Positions 53,001 through 62,712 of a stretch of 64,000 nucleotides of DNA are shown here, piece after piece. The position numbers and the translations under genes are program-made. The stretch comes from Podarcis cretensis (Eukaryota), in the NCBI GenBank assembly GCA_951804945.1, contig OX638150.1, forward strand, positions 29,388,001 through 29,452,000, read 5' to 3'. Each line of letters opens with the position of its first letter. Position 1 is the first letter of the stretch. Under the pieces are notes generated by a model. That model saw only the letters and a list, made by a program, of their open reading frames with translations. It was not told the origin of the DNA and did no database searches.

Positions 53001-56000
53001 TTATTGTTCAGTGTAGCGTTAGTATTTTTTTTTTTTTTTTACTATCTTTGGTGAAGAACACCCTGTAGGATACAGCATGTGCGGTGTCCATGAAACCCTG
53101 TTAACAGGCTCCCAAATCGACTTTTTATGCAACATGAGCAAAATGCAAAAGATAGTGGTAGGTAGAGAAAGAAGCAAGCATAAAGGTATACTGCACATCC
53201 CTTGGATGGGATCTTTAATACTGGATTCTAGAGGTTTTTAAGCAGAAGTTGAATGGCCAAATGTCATGTATGACCTAGTTGAGATTCCTAGACTAGATGA
53301 GCCTCAGGGTCCCTTCCAACTCTCCAGTTCTATGACTCTATATGGAATCACAGGTTTTTCCACTGGAAGCACAGGTCTCAAACTCCTCCTAGGAGAAAAG
53401 CAGTTTGTGGGAGGAAGAGTAATGGGGCGGGGAGCAATGGATGGTGAAAGAGTGATGCACTATTGTTCCCCATAACATTTCATTTTTGAATGCCAGTCTG
53501 TAACTGTAGTCAGGTGGATTCACAGAGTTCACCAGTATTGTGTAAAAACTGCCAATACACCTTCCAAAATTGGATAAGCATTTTCTAATGTTTTCTTAGG
53601 GACGCAGGTGGCGCTGTGGGTTAAAGCCTCAGCACCTAGGGCTTGCCGATCGAAAGGTCGGCGGTTCGAATCCCTGCGGCGGGGTGCGCTCCCGCTGCTC
53701 GGTCCCAGCGCCTGCCAACCTAGCAGTTCGAAAGCACCTCTGGGTGCAAGTAAGATAAATAGGGACCGCTTACCAGCGGGAAGGTAAACGGCGTTTCCGT
53801 GTGCGGCTCTGGCTCGCCAGAGCAGCGATGTCACGCTGGCCACGTGACCCGGAAGTGTCTCCGGACAGCGCTGGCCCCTGGCCTCTTAAGTGAGATGGGC
53901 GCACAACCCCAGAGTCTGTCAAGACTGGCCCGTACGGGCAGGGGTACCTTTACCTTTACCTTTAATGTTTTCTGAATTAGAGCCAAACCTTTGCGATGGT
54001 ATGCTTATATTGCTCGTGAGGTCTTGTCATGAACAAGACCTGCCTTTGTGTGTGAGAGAAAGCAAGCAAGTGGGGATGAGCAATTGTGTGGTAGGAAAGA
54101 AGAAGAGAGATGGACAGGAGAGTGGAGAAGTAGTGAGTGGACTCATGAGAGATTGTGGGGATGGTGGTGGAAGGGCAAAGAAAGGAGATGGTTGAGGGTG
54201 AAGATTGTGCAGGGGAGGGAAAGATGGGCAGAGACAGTCTGAGGAGCAGATTCGCCTTTGATTTGGGCTATTTGTGTACATGGGTATTTAAAATCAACCA
54301 CAATGTTGGCTGAAGGTTTCTAAGGTGGCAATCCTAAGTACACTTACCTGGGAGTAATCCCCACAGAACAGATGGGGCACACTTTTGAGTACATATGCAT
54401 AGAAGCAGACTGCAGACCAAATTCTATTTCCAATAAAGCAAGTCAAATGATGGGACAGCCTATGAGTATGATCTGTGAGATATCAATCCACCTGTTTTAT
54501 TTCAAACATCTCAGCAAAATTCAGTTCCGGGGGATATGCTATAACCCTTCAATATTAGTGGTAATAGGGAATATAAGGTAAAAATGAACATGTTATATAG
54601 GATTGCAGTAATTTTAAAATATGGATAAAATTCTCACTACCCAAAACCCTTTTGTGTGTGTGTATATATATATATATTCCTGTAAACCCTGATGAAAGAA
54701 ATGGGACATCTATTTCCAGTGGAGCTTGTGGAAGGAAAATTCTTGCTGGAATGTGCCTCATATCTATGGTAGTAAATAGTTATTGCTGGACAAATCTCTC
54801 TCTAAAACTGTGTTGTAGTTCTTCACTCAGCAACAAGTAATTATTCAAAGCACTCCAAATATTCTTAAACTTCTACTTAAAAAAACAACAAACTGAAGTA
54901 CTCACACTAAAAACACACACCCTGTGTGCACAGAATGATGCATTTTGATTGGCCATCTGGAGTGATTTATTAGATTAATAAGGCACCACTCTGGCGAACA
55001 GCTATTCTCAGAAAGCAGATAAATGTGTTTAATAATCATTGGGAGTTAATATATTACCCACTCTGAATGGTAAAATAAAGATAGCATTATCCTAATTCTT
55101 TTATTTTTAAAACATCTACGTGCTGTTCTCTAGTCTTGGAAACAAGCACATAAAAGTCAGTTTGGCCAAAGTAGTTGGACCAACAGCTTGAAGCTAATTA
55201 GTAATTAAAGTAGTAGCATTTCCAAATGTTTCAATGCCTGTGTAGCTATGGGTATCAAGAGAAAATTAATTGTATTTGTGCTGTAGTTGATGAAGTACCA
55301 AATGTTTTATTACCTGGCAAATTCTCTTGGTGGTTCAATTTTAAAAAAAACAAAAAACTGGGGATCTGCAAATCCACCTGTAAAACATGTTGTGATTAAG
55401 GAAAAAAATTGCTTGAATATAGTGCCCGTTAGTGTTTTGCTTTGATGACCAGTAGGGTTCTTAGGTATGCAGAAAAAATATTGACAGAGATCTCAGTAAC
55501 AGGTTTTATATTCTTTTTTTTAAAAAAGGATGTGTGTGTCAGCCACTGTTTCTTTATTCCAAAACCCAAGTGTAACCTGATACCTGCAGCACCTAGCAGA
55601 AACTAATTCAGTCTGTAATTTCGATCTTGGAATAGAAATGAAATGCTGATCACATGATTAAAACATGCAGTCTAATTTTTGTACTTTTAAATCTTGTTTC
55701 CCTTGCCCCCACCTCCCATTTGGATACCACCTAGCCAGATGAAGAGCTAGAACTGAAACTTAGGCTCACTAGTTTGTGATATTTTGGCTGGTGCTTATAA
55801 ATGCTGGTTTTGGAGAAATACATGGATTATTCACATGTCCATTCTGGGCCTCCTGGAGGCACTAAGTGCACACAGGTCTGTTGGGTGTCCGTGTCTTTGT
55901 TACTTCACAAAATATTTCTTGCCCAGAAAGAGCTATGTGTGCTCACTACCAACAAGGTAGGTCACTGTAATGAAAAGAAAAGAATAAACTGGAATAGAGG

Positions 56001-59000
56001 ACTGAAAATGGGATCAGCCAACAGAGGCCCTCAGGTACATATCCCCACCCCCGCCCCCCTTTGCTGAACTCTTCTGTACATATCATACCACACAGCTCTG
56101 GGATTTGTTATGTTGAAGCATGAAAACAGAGGACTTCACACTTACACAACCCCCACCTACCCACCATACAACTGTATATGAAGTTTCAGGGCAAGCTCGG
56201 GGAAAAAAAGTTCTCTCAACCCCGAGCCTATAAAGTACAGCACTATTCAAAATGCACGGCAATATTTTGTTTAGTTGTTCGCTGCCACTTGTTATCTTAT
56301 TATGCCCTCCTCTGTTTGTTCATTTTTTAGTAAGCATTTTCTGCAGCAGTAGCAGTGGCTGTTCAGTGCCTTACACTGCTGCACATTAACATTTTTGAAC
56401 CCAAGACCGCAGTCACTGATTGCGGACATGAACCAACAGCCTTTGCCGATTTGTGGCTCCACAGAAATTTAGGGGGAAGCTTATCTTGAACCTGGAGGTT
56501 CTATATTGTCATCCATTGATAAGACTCATCCTCCATGAATCTGCCTGTTCAAGTGGTTCTCAAAGCACTGGGAAGGGGGGCACGTTCAGCGGACCAGTTA
56601 ATACCACTCCCTGACAACTCAAAGTACATACATAATTCTTATTTTAATATCTGTAGTCTTGCCTATCTAATGCGATGAATGTGCCTGCTTCTTGCAAGCA
56701 AAGTTATATGAATTCATTGCAAGACATATTTCAGCCTTTTTACATTACCCAGCATGCAAGAAACCCATTGTACTGCCTATAGGGAGACAATTATTTCTGC
56801 TCCCTCTTCAGCTGACAGACTGTGCATAAAATACTGTAGCAGAGTAATTTTGGAAGATATACATGTGTACACACACACATACACACACAGGTGCAACACA
56901 GGAAGTTGTCATGCCAGTATGAATTGGCATGAATTTCTGGCAACTCATCGCTATGAACACAACCTCTAACTAAGAACCTTACATCCAGAAACTTGTGCTG
57001 CTTTGGATGGATGCTTACAATTCAAATTTCAATTGCCTAGTCTAATTCATGAAAACCTTCAGCGTGTCTCCTTAGTTTTGTTCTATAAATGCATCTGTGA
57101 TGCCTGAGGATATGTTATTATGGGGGCGAGAAGGGTGCTTTTTATGTTCTTGTGATTTTAAAATGAGGCCAAAGAATACCAGCCCTTGAGTTTCCTGAGT
57201 TCTAATTCAGATTGCATAGACCTGATGAAGGGCTTTGACCTTATCAGCTGAAAAGTACTCTTCACACTGCTCAACAAGATAGGATCCCCATCTAAGCGCC
57301 ACAAAATGGCCATGTCCTTCCACGAGAACATGTGTGGCACAATCCAGTATGATGCTTCATCCTCAGACACCTTCCCTTTAAAGAGCAGTTTGAAGGAGGG
57401 CTGTGTTCTTGCCCGAACTCTCTTTGGCATGTTCTTCCCTCTGTTGCTCTTCTATGCCTTCAGCTTGACAGAAGATGGAGGGGGGGGGTCTGTTCAATGT
57501 GGCATGTCTCCACACCAAGACAAAAATGTGGCGGGTTCTTATCTGAGAGATGTTGTTTGCAGATGACGAAGACTTGAGGAAGCTCTGCAGAGACTCATCA
57601 AATGTTTTTCCAAGCTTGCATGGAGTTTGGCCTGACCATCGGCCTGACATCTTGGGTCAGGGTCTTGCTAGCACACCATGCACCAGCATTTCTGACCCCA
57701 GGCTTGAGGCGGTAGACAATTTTGTTTAACTGGGCTCCACCATACCCAACAACCTTTTCCACTGATGCTTTCCACATGTGCTGTATCAGGAAGAGCCAGG
57801 GGTACCACATGGCAGAGCAGTCTCAAAGATGTGTTGTTCCAAGGTTACCTTCCCAGCATGTTCACACTTCTGTCTCAGTGATGTCTAAACTAGATTGGTA
57901 ATGTCCACAGATGAAAGATGGCAGGACCCCCAATTCTATGGGGAATTGGCTTCAGGCACCAGGCCCATTGGTAGACCAACTCTGTGTTGTTCTCTACAGC
58001 CACGGCAAGCACTGTAACTCTCTAACAGTTTGACTCCAATGGCACACTCTTCCATTCTCTCTCAAGACATATGGATGCCAATGAATTCAGATTGTAGATA
58101 AACAGCCTGGTGACAAATGGAAACCCCAAAGATGCATGAAATGAAGCAAGGTCAACTCTTGGTCCAAGAAGATTATGTGACTTGCTGACCTCCCTCCTGG
58201 ATTAGAAAGCTTTTACTTAAGGCAAAATGTTCCAGTGTTGCTTCAACATTAATACAGCTAGAAACAGCAAAGAGAGTGAGACACCAACAGTTCTGCCCTT
58301 GCTGGTGAAAAGCAGAGGCTTTAATTACACAGCAAGCAAAAACTGGCATTTTTAAAAAAAGTTTGTTGTTGATGTCCCTCTGGGACAACAGACAGGCAGA
58401 ATACTTAATCACTGCAACTCTCCCAGGAAGCTCAAGTGCTATCTGGATCAGAGAAAAATTGTTTGTTAACCCTCATGGCACACAAATAAAATATGAACAT
58501 AACGTTGCTCAACATAGCATGTGAGCTGAAAGATTGTGCTGTATTTGGCCTACATTCTTGTGCTCAAATCTTGAACCCACCCCAGCCCAGCTCTCTTCCC
58601 ACTTCACCTTGCTTGTGTGTAGGTTAGATATAATGTGCAAAATGCACAATGAAGGTTTGGCATTTTCGGCAACAGTCAGAGGCATAGCATTAGCTTGCTC
58701 ACGGTATTAGATGTAAATTCCAGAATCATGAATTCAGCACTGCCTCTTTACTGTGGAGATGAATAGAAGCATGATGAGAGGGGAGGGAGCAAGTTTTTCT
58801 TTGAACACAAACCTCTGTAGTAATTAGCAAGGAAAGATACAGAAAACACAGCTGTTTGCAGCAAGTATGCAGACAGCTGCTTAGAAGCTGTCCTTCCCTG
58901 TACCATTGTGATGATTTTGGTGTCATTATTATACATAATTTATATAGCATTGTTTGGCATACAACCCACCTCTCATTCATATTCTGTGAGGCAGGCTGCT

Positions 59001-62000
59001 ATTATTCCTGTTTTTACTAATGGAAATACGGGCTGAAAGGTTGTCATCCAAGGTCCATGGCTGAATGGGACTAGAGCCCTCATTCTCGAGGTCCAGAAAG
59101 CAGACTGAATGACTTGCACTGTGCAATAGTTGGGCTCTTTCTCATGAGGCTTTCTTCATTTTTTAGTTTGGTTTCCTTCTTGGTGGGCCATCAAAAATGG
59201 CTGGGGAACACTGCCTCCAAATGCCTTGTTTACAAGCCAGTTCATCACAGGGGCTTGCCTACCCTCCCTCCTGCAAGCCATCTATCACTTTTACACCTTC
59301 TCTGATGTTGCTGCAACATTTCCTCCCTTACAATCTCTCTCTGTCCTGGTGTCCTCTTACTCCTTGCTGTCCTCCTTGGAATTTTCTGCCGATTATAAAA
59401 GGGAAACGGTCCCTTCCAGCTCATCTCTTTTCCAACCCCCCCAACCCCATCAATCCACCTGGAAGCTGGCAAGCACAAGGAGCCAAACTGCCTTGTTGTC
59501 TTTCCCATACACATGGTATAGGATTGGCTGCAGCTTTCTATTGAATGCATATAGGTAAAGGGTAAAGGGACCCCTGACCATTAGGTCCAGTCGTGGCTGA
59601 CTCTGGGATTGCGGTGCTCATCTCGCTTTATTGGCTGAGGGAGCCGGCGTACAGCTTCCGGGTCATGTGGCCAGCATGACGAAGCCGCTTCTGGCGAACC
59701 AGAGCAGCGCACGGAAACGCTGTTTACCTTCCCACCAGAGCAGTACCTATTTATCTACTTGCACTTTGACGTGCTTTCAAACTGCTAGGTTGGCAGGAGC
59801 AGGGACCGAGCAACAGGAGCTCAGCCCGTCACGGAGATTCGAACCGCCAACCTTCTGATCAGCAAGTCTTCGGCTCTGTTTAACTCACAGTGCCACCCGC
59901 GTCCCATTGAATGCATACTTGATGGTAAATTTGTTTTTTTTAAATGAATATTTATTAGCATTTTTTAAAAAACAAGACAAAAACAAAAATAACAAAAAAT
60001 ACAAAAATCCAAAACTTACAAACAATTAAAAACATAAAGTTTCAATTACTTATTTTCATTTAACTTGTTTCTCCGACCACCTCACACCTCCCCATCTTGT
60101 ATTCCAATTTAAATTGTTAGCTCAGCAAGTCCTTATTGATGGTAAATTTGGCTTCCATTTTCTGTGAATTCTGTGGCCTCCTGCCTGGTGTGCTTCCTGC
60201 ACAGTGGGGCAGCTGTGGTAGTGTGGAAGGCACTAGATTCCTCTGGTGGGTTAGGCTCAGGGGACAGCATATGTGAAGCTTCTGCCTTAGGCTGTGTGGG
60301 CTCAGGACCACCAGCCTCAGATTATATGTGCTCCAAACCACCAGCTTTTTGCCCTGTGAGCTCTGAATCACCAGCTTCAAAAACAATGGCTTTTGGTGAA
60401 TATGTGAGCCCTAGGAGAGGAGATTGCAGCCACTTTGCTCCTCACTGGTCATTCTGCTGCTGCAGCTAAGCCATAGCTTGGCATGTCTACTGAACTTGAG
60501 TATATGGTTTATATCTCTCCAGACTAACCATGAACCAAGATTTGCCCTATGGTTTATAGCTCATGGGTTGTCTAGGAGAACTAAACCACGAGTCCAGGTC
60601 TGGAAAACACACTATGTCATGCTTAGTTCTGTGCAGCACAGCAGGAAAACAACCAGGGAGGAGCTACGGGGCCACAATCTCTTTGGGAGTCTGTGCATTT
60701 GCACTAAGCCACAATTTGGCTTATCATTAGGTACAGAGGATGTGCAATTCATTTTACTTTCTACTATGACTGCTTGATTGTAGGCAACAAAGCTGCCCTG
60801 ATAACATAACCTGCTCCATGCCTGAACTAGAGAGTGGCTGCCACACTAAGTACCCAGAATCTTGTATGGTATAATGGGATCCCATGGCTGTGGAAAGAGA
60901 TCTGCCATCCTTTATGGTGTGCTGTGTATGTGGAAAGGGAGCCTGCAATCCTGTTGATCCACATATAGGTTCTTGCTACCACCCAATATGGCCCATTATA
61001 CCTTTTTGCAACAAGTGGCACTACAAACAGGGCTAAGACGGAGGCCCTAAACTGTGTCATGATCAAGAGAGCCCATAGCATTACCTCCAAATGTGTACTA
61101 TTCTAACAGAAAAGACAATGAAATAATACACTTTTATATTTGAATTTATACTGGTACATAAGTGAGGATGCAATTAAAAACTAACAAACTATCTTGCAGT
61201 ATTCCTGTTTCTATATAATGTACCCTCTTAGCACATATGATTTGTTTTTAGAGCAGCACAAGAGCCGTTAAACATGCAGTCTATCACTTACTAAGTGGAA
61301 GAGTCCACACAGCATCTATTGTGTGTGTTCTGCACATAACACAAAATGTAAAACACTTTCTTTCATGATTTTTTTGAGAGCACAGCCATGGATGTCACCC
61401 AATGATAGCTGATTTATAATCACAGTATGATAAGTATGGTACTAAATATATTATTGTCACATCAGAACAAAAATGTATGTTCTCCTGTGTGTTTTAACAG
61501 ATCATAAAAACTTTAGAAATCTTGGGGGGGGGATTTGTATGTGTGTTTTGTATTTAGAGGCCCCTCATAATCTGAGCCCTAAATTGTAGTTTACTTAGCT
61601 TGTGCATTAATCCAGCACTGGCTATAAACATATGGAACCTCTGACTTTCATGCCCCATGACTTTCTTCAGTTTGCAGCACAATCATAGGGTTCCAATGGC
61701 AGGACTCTGAATGTGGCAGAAGCAGGGGCATGCTTATGAAAACAATGAGTACAATACAAACCACCACTCCCCTTCCACACACATGTATTATTTTCCTACT
61801 GCTGATAAAACCATACGGGATGGATTCAGCATGAGCTGGGAAGTGTTAGCTAAAGCACAAAACTGACAAGCAGTTACAAAGCATTCTGTGAATGAAGCCT
61901 GCAATATTTATCCATCTGCATGCCAGGCTATTACTGAAGAGAAGGAATCAATAGCTGCTGGGTGTTTTTTTTGTGTGTGTGTGTTTAAAATAAATAAATA

Positions 62001-62331
62001 AATGCTCAACTCCTGGAACAGAAGGTAAATGAACAAAGAGAGAGAGAGAGAGGACCATGAATGAGAACTTGGCAGTGTGAATATGCATGTGTGTGTGTGT
62101 GCGCGCGCATGTGTGTGCATGTGTGTACATGTGCAAACAGTAATTTGATTTTTAGGGTGAGGTGCATTCAAATGATTCTGCAATTCAAAAAAGGGCTTAT
62201 AGAAGAAAGGCAGACTGTACCTTCATCACCGGTTGAGCAAAATACTTGGCACTCCAGTCGCAAAACCCCGTCTGCATTGTTGCTGACATGAAGTTTTTAT
62301 GCCCCACGGTATCTTCGGTATCATCAGCTGT
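9375..62331 (-). CDS. RPTOR: Regulatory-associated protein of mTOR (Raptor), 3' part: join of 62221-62331, 47663-47768, 44094-44208, 43628-43752, 40627-40731, 25605-25711, 19679-19806, 18116-18202, 11530-11646, 10843-10972, 9375-9443; gene continues beyond the window end
   Basis: All 11 exons have AG/GT boundaries with matching phases. The summed length of 1200 nt gives an uninterrupted 399 aa that is near-identical to the C-terminus of vertebrate Raptor as I recall it. Confidence 0.98.
9500..9559. repeat. Perfect 30-bp tandem duplication
   Basis: ttttgaagctagtcagaatttatactcgcc x2. Confidence 0.95.
10843..10972 (-). CDS. RPTOR: RPTOR exon (~33), 130 nt: (C)GSMNQFTAIYNGNGELINNIKYYDGFMGQRVGAISCLAFHPHW
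   Basis: ccctctgcag|TGGCTC...CACTGG|gtcagt. Confidence 0.97.
11530..11646 (-). CDS. RPTOR: RPTOR exon (~32), 117 nt: (S)VNGDVRFFDPRMPESVKVLQIVKGLTALDIHPQANLFA(C)
   Basis: ctctttgcag|TGTTAA...TGCATG|gtaagt. Confidence 0.97.
12210..12291. repeat. 28-bp minisatellite, ~3 copies
   Basis: ttcatag(t/c)t(a/c)atgaaactggccttccag x3, last copy partial. Confidence 0.92.
14179..14510. mobile_element. Fold-back MITE-like element with ~60-bp imperfect terminal inverted repeats
   Basis: Left arm aatgctaagctgacccatggctgagcatgaacaagcaaacctatgggcttccagaga pairs with the reverse complement of the right end. A related degenerate copy lies at ~60465-60730. Confidence 0.7.
16620..16663. repeat. 22-bp tandem duplication
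   Basis: gggcctccaagggatgtattag x2. Confidence 0.92.
16936..17165. mobile_element. Tc1/mariner (pogo/Tigger-like) MITE
   Basis: TIR cagtggtacctc...gaggtgccactg, TA on the left flank (right flank reads CA); same family as 30617, 38850 and 62502. Confidence 0.88.
18116..18202 (-). CDS. RPTOR: RPTOR exon (~31), 87 nt: (C)RVMTYREHTAWVVKAYLQKHPEGNIMSV(S)
   Basis: ctctcttgtag|CCGAGT...TGTCAG|gtaaaa. Confidence 0.97.
18860..18922 (+). mobile_element. CR1-type 3' tail fragment
   Basis: gcagggggttggactagatgac...ttccaactctacaattctatgattcta; similar tails at ~27545-27597 and ~53200-53345. Confidence 0.7.
19486..19535. repeat. (AAT)n microsatellite followed by an A-run
   Basis: ~16 units; source of the spurious poly-I and poly-Y ORFs. 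Confidence 0.95.
19679..19806 (-). CDS. RPTOR: RPTOR exon (~30), 128 nt: DIPTGADSCVTSLSCDSHRSLIVAGLGDGSVRVYDRRMALSE(C)
   Basis: ttctctcctag|GATATT...CGAATG|gtaaga. Confidence 0.97.
20274..20527. mobile_element. Non-autonomous hAT (Charlie-like) element
   Basis: Termini cagggttcagcaaac...gtttgcctacccatg form imperfect TIRs; left flank gtttaaat resembles a hAT target. Confidence 0.65.
24863..25211 (-). mobile_element. Sauria SINE, full length (subfamily A)
   Basis: Colinear with 1296-1646; 13-bp TSD tcagatggcctta at 24850-24862 and 25214-25226. Confidence 0.92.
25605..25711 (-). CDS. RPTOR: RPTOR exon (~29), 107 nt: (G)AGMVVDWEQETGLLMTSGDVRIIRIWDTDREMKVQ
   Basis: ttctttcctcag|GAGCAG...GTTCAG|gtaagc. 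Confidence 0.97.
26673..26872. repeat. 98-bp perfect tandem duplication
   Basis: 26673-26770 is repeated at 26771-26868 and bounded by a 4-bp aagt microhomology. Confidence 0.95.
27110..27444 (+). mobile_element. 5'-truncated Sauria SINE (subfamily B) with an inverted duplication at its 5' end
   Basis: Body nearly identical to 53685-53963; (ACCTTT)3 tail; 27110-27166 is the reverse complement of 27182-27238. Confidence 0.92.
30617..30842. mobile_element. Tc1/mariner MITE
   Basis: TA|cagtggtacctc...gaggtaccactg|TA. Confidence 0.9.
34243..34290 (-). CDS. RPTOR: Candidate alternative (cassette) RPTOR exon, 48 nt, phase 1/1: (G)LARRVSIYLDRSKQG(G)
   Basis: ccctgtcttctcacag|GTCTGG...AGGGAG|gtgagt: near-consensus acceptor and donor, length divisible by 3, open in the frame set by exons 28 and 29, long pyrimidine-rich upstream region. 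No transcript evidence is available here. Confidence 0.7.
34450..34478. repeat. (GGAA)n microsatellite
   Basis: ~7 units. Confidence 0.9.
35383..35625 (+). mobile_element. tRNA-derived CORE-type SINE with L2-like tail (Squam3-like)
   Basis: A-box tggtgtagtgg, B-box-like ggttcgcttccc, CORE motif tgaccttgggctagtcac...ctctcagcct, tail gctttgag...aaagcgggatat and (ctt)n end. Confidence 0.75.
37998..38135. mobile_element. Short palindromic hAT-type MITE (common squamate repeat); partial relative at ~38380-38470
   Basis: gggaacctgtg...actacaactcccatcatccct...ggggctgatgggagttgaagt...cacaagttc inverted symmetry. Confidence 0.65.
38761..38800. repeat. (AC)n microsatellite
   Basis: ~20 units. Confidence 0.95.
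38850..39075. mobile_element. Tc1/mariner MITE
   Basis: TA|cagtgatacctc...gaggtaccactg|TA. Confidence 0.9.
40627..40731 (-). CDS. RPTOR: RPTOR exon (~28), 105 nt: (D)DGAIRVWKNFADLEKNPEMVTAWQGLSDMLPTTR(G)
   Basis: ccttcaag|ATGATG...ACGCG|gtaggt; lies within ORF 40580..40891. Confidence 0.97.
43628..43752 (-). CDS. RPTOR: RPTOR exon (~27), 125 nt: (C)FWDWEKGEKLDYFHNGNPRYTRITAMEYLNGQDCSLLLTAT(D)
   Basis: tttcccag|TTTTTG...CTACAG|gtgggt; lies within ORF 43590..43802. Confidence 0.97.
44094..44208 (-). CDS. RPTOR: RPTOR exon (~26), 115 nt: (G)ISRLDDQIFLNRNPGMPSVVKFHPFTPCIAVADKDSI(C)
   Basis: cccctag|GTATTT...ATCTG|gtaagg; lies within ORF 44090..44344; start of the WD40 region. Confidence 0.97.
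44250..44672 (+). mobile_element. Degenerate L2-type LINE 3' end
   Basis: L2-like motifs (aggccttc...gtggaatgccctccc...cttaaaaacactcctgttt; ctctgggttcctttgggaggaagagcggggtagaaat); similar relic at ~30130-30400. Confidence 0.5.
46412..46686 (-). mobile_element. Sauria SINE (subfamily A), 5'-truncated, ~15-bp internal deletion
   Basis: Colinear with 59552-59905, stops in the B-box region; no TSD found. Confidence 0.9.
47261..47321 (-). other. 61-bp intronic copy of part of RPTOR exon 27 (source 43634-43694)
   Basis: 59/61 identical, same orientation. Confidence 0.95.
47663..47768 (-). CDS. RPTOR: RPTOR exon (~25), 106 nt: IPEEHDLESQVRKEREWRFLRNARVRKQAQKIIQK(G)
   Basis: ttggcag|ATTCCA...AAAAAG|gtggtc; lies within ORF 47517..47804. 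Confidence 0.96.
50660..51740 (+). mobile_element. Old CR1-type LINE 3' fragment interrupted by the Bov-B insertion
   Basis: aaaattatgcatagtgtagag...gaggtcatccgatgaaattg before the insertion; agatggctttaaaaag...gactagatgaaccactggc after it. Confidence 0.6.
50832..51502 (+). mobile_element. Bov-B (RTE clade) LINE insertion: inverted 5' segment plus sense 3' end
   Basis: 3' part encodes VMYGSVSWTIKKADCRRIDAFELWCWRRLLRVPWTARRSN...QYFGHLMRREDSLEKTLMLGKIE (Bov-B ORF C-terminus); (CAA)n tail; 11-bp TSD agatggcttta at 50821-50831 and 51503-51513. Confidence 0.92.
53599..53963 (+). mobile_element. Sauria SINE, full length (subfamily B)
   Basis: Head gggacgcaggtggcgctgtggg with B-box ggttcgaatcc; (ACCTTT)3 tail; TSD taatgttttct at 53586-53596 and 53963-53973. 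Confidence 0.93.
57160..57990 (+). mobile_element. Degenerate RTE-clade LINE reverse-transcriptase fragment
   Basis: Frameshifted RT motifs IDLxKxFD (57217), KEGCVLARTLF (~57392), LFADD (~57553). Confidence 0.75.
59552..59905 (-). mobile_element. Sauria SINE, full length (subfamily A)
   Basis: 12-bp TSD attgaatgcata at 59540-59551 and 59906-59917. Confidence 0.93.
59934..60135 (-). mobile_element. 5'-truncated polyadenylated retroposed insert (likely L1-type 3' UTR)
   Basis: 15-bp TSD ttgatggtaaatttg at 59919-59933 and 60136-60150; minus strand is T-rich and ends AATAAA...poly(A). Confidence 0.8.
62221..62331 (-). CDS. RPTOR: RPTOR exon (~24), 111 nt: TADDTEDTVGHKNFMSATMQTGFCDWSAKYFAQPVMK
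   Basis: Minus strand tctctggacag|ACAGCT...ATGAAG|gtacag; phase 0/0; matches Raptor ...QTGFCDWSARYFAQPVMK. Confidence 0.96.
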
Positions 62332-62501
62332 CTGTCCAGAGAAAAGTGAGGAAACAAAGGTACACGTGCTTCAGTTACAGTACCTGCACATCTGGTTTCT
62401 CTGAGTGTATATCACATCAACCACAGTAGGATGTCACCATCCAATAATAGTCTATTGGAACAACCCCGCCCCCCGCCGCCAAATCAGAAGATAGCCTAGT
62501 A

Positions 62502-62712
62502 CAGTGGTACCTCTAGTTACGAATGCATCTGTTTACTAACGCTTCAGGTTATTAGCTCCGCTAACCCGGAAGTAGTTGCTCCCGGTTGCGAACTTTGCCC
62601 CAGGATGCGAGCGGGAGGTGCCATTAGCGAAAGCGCGCCTCAGGATAAGAACGGTTTCAGCTTAAGAACAGACCTCCAGAACGAATTACATTCGTAACCA
62701 GAGGTACCACTG
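62502..62712. mobile_element. Tc1/mariner MITE (divergent variant)
   Basis: TA|cagtggtacctc...gaggtaccactg|TA. Confidence 0.9.

Noticed and set aside
53599-53680. tRNA gene (A/B boxes; also at 35383 and 1063)
   Set aside because: These are SINE heads that continue into SINE bodies and tails.
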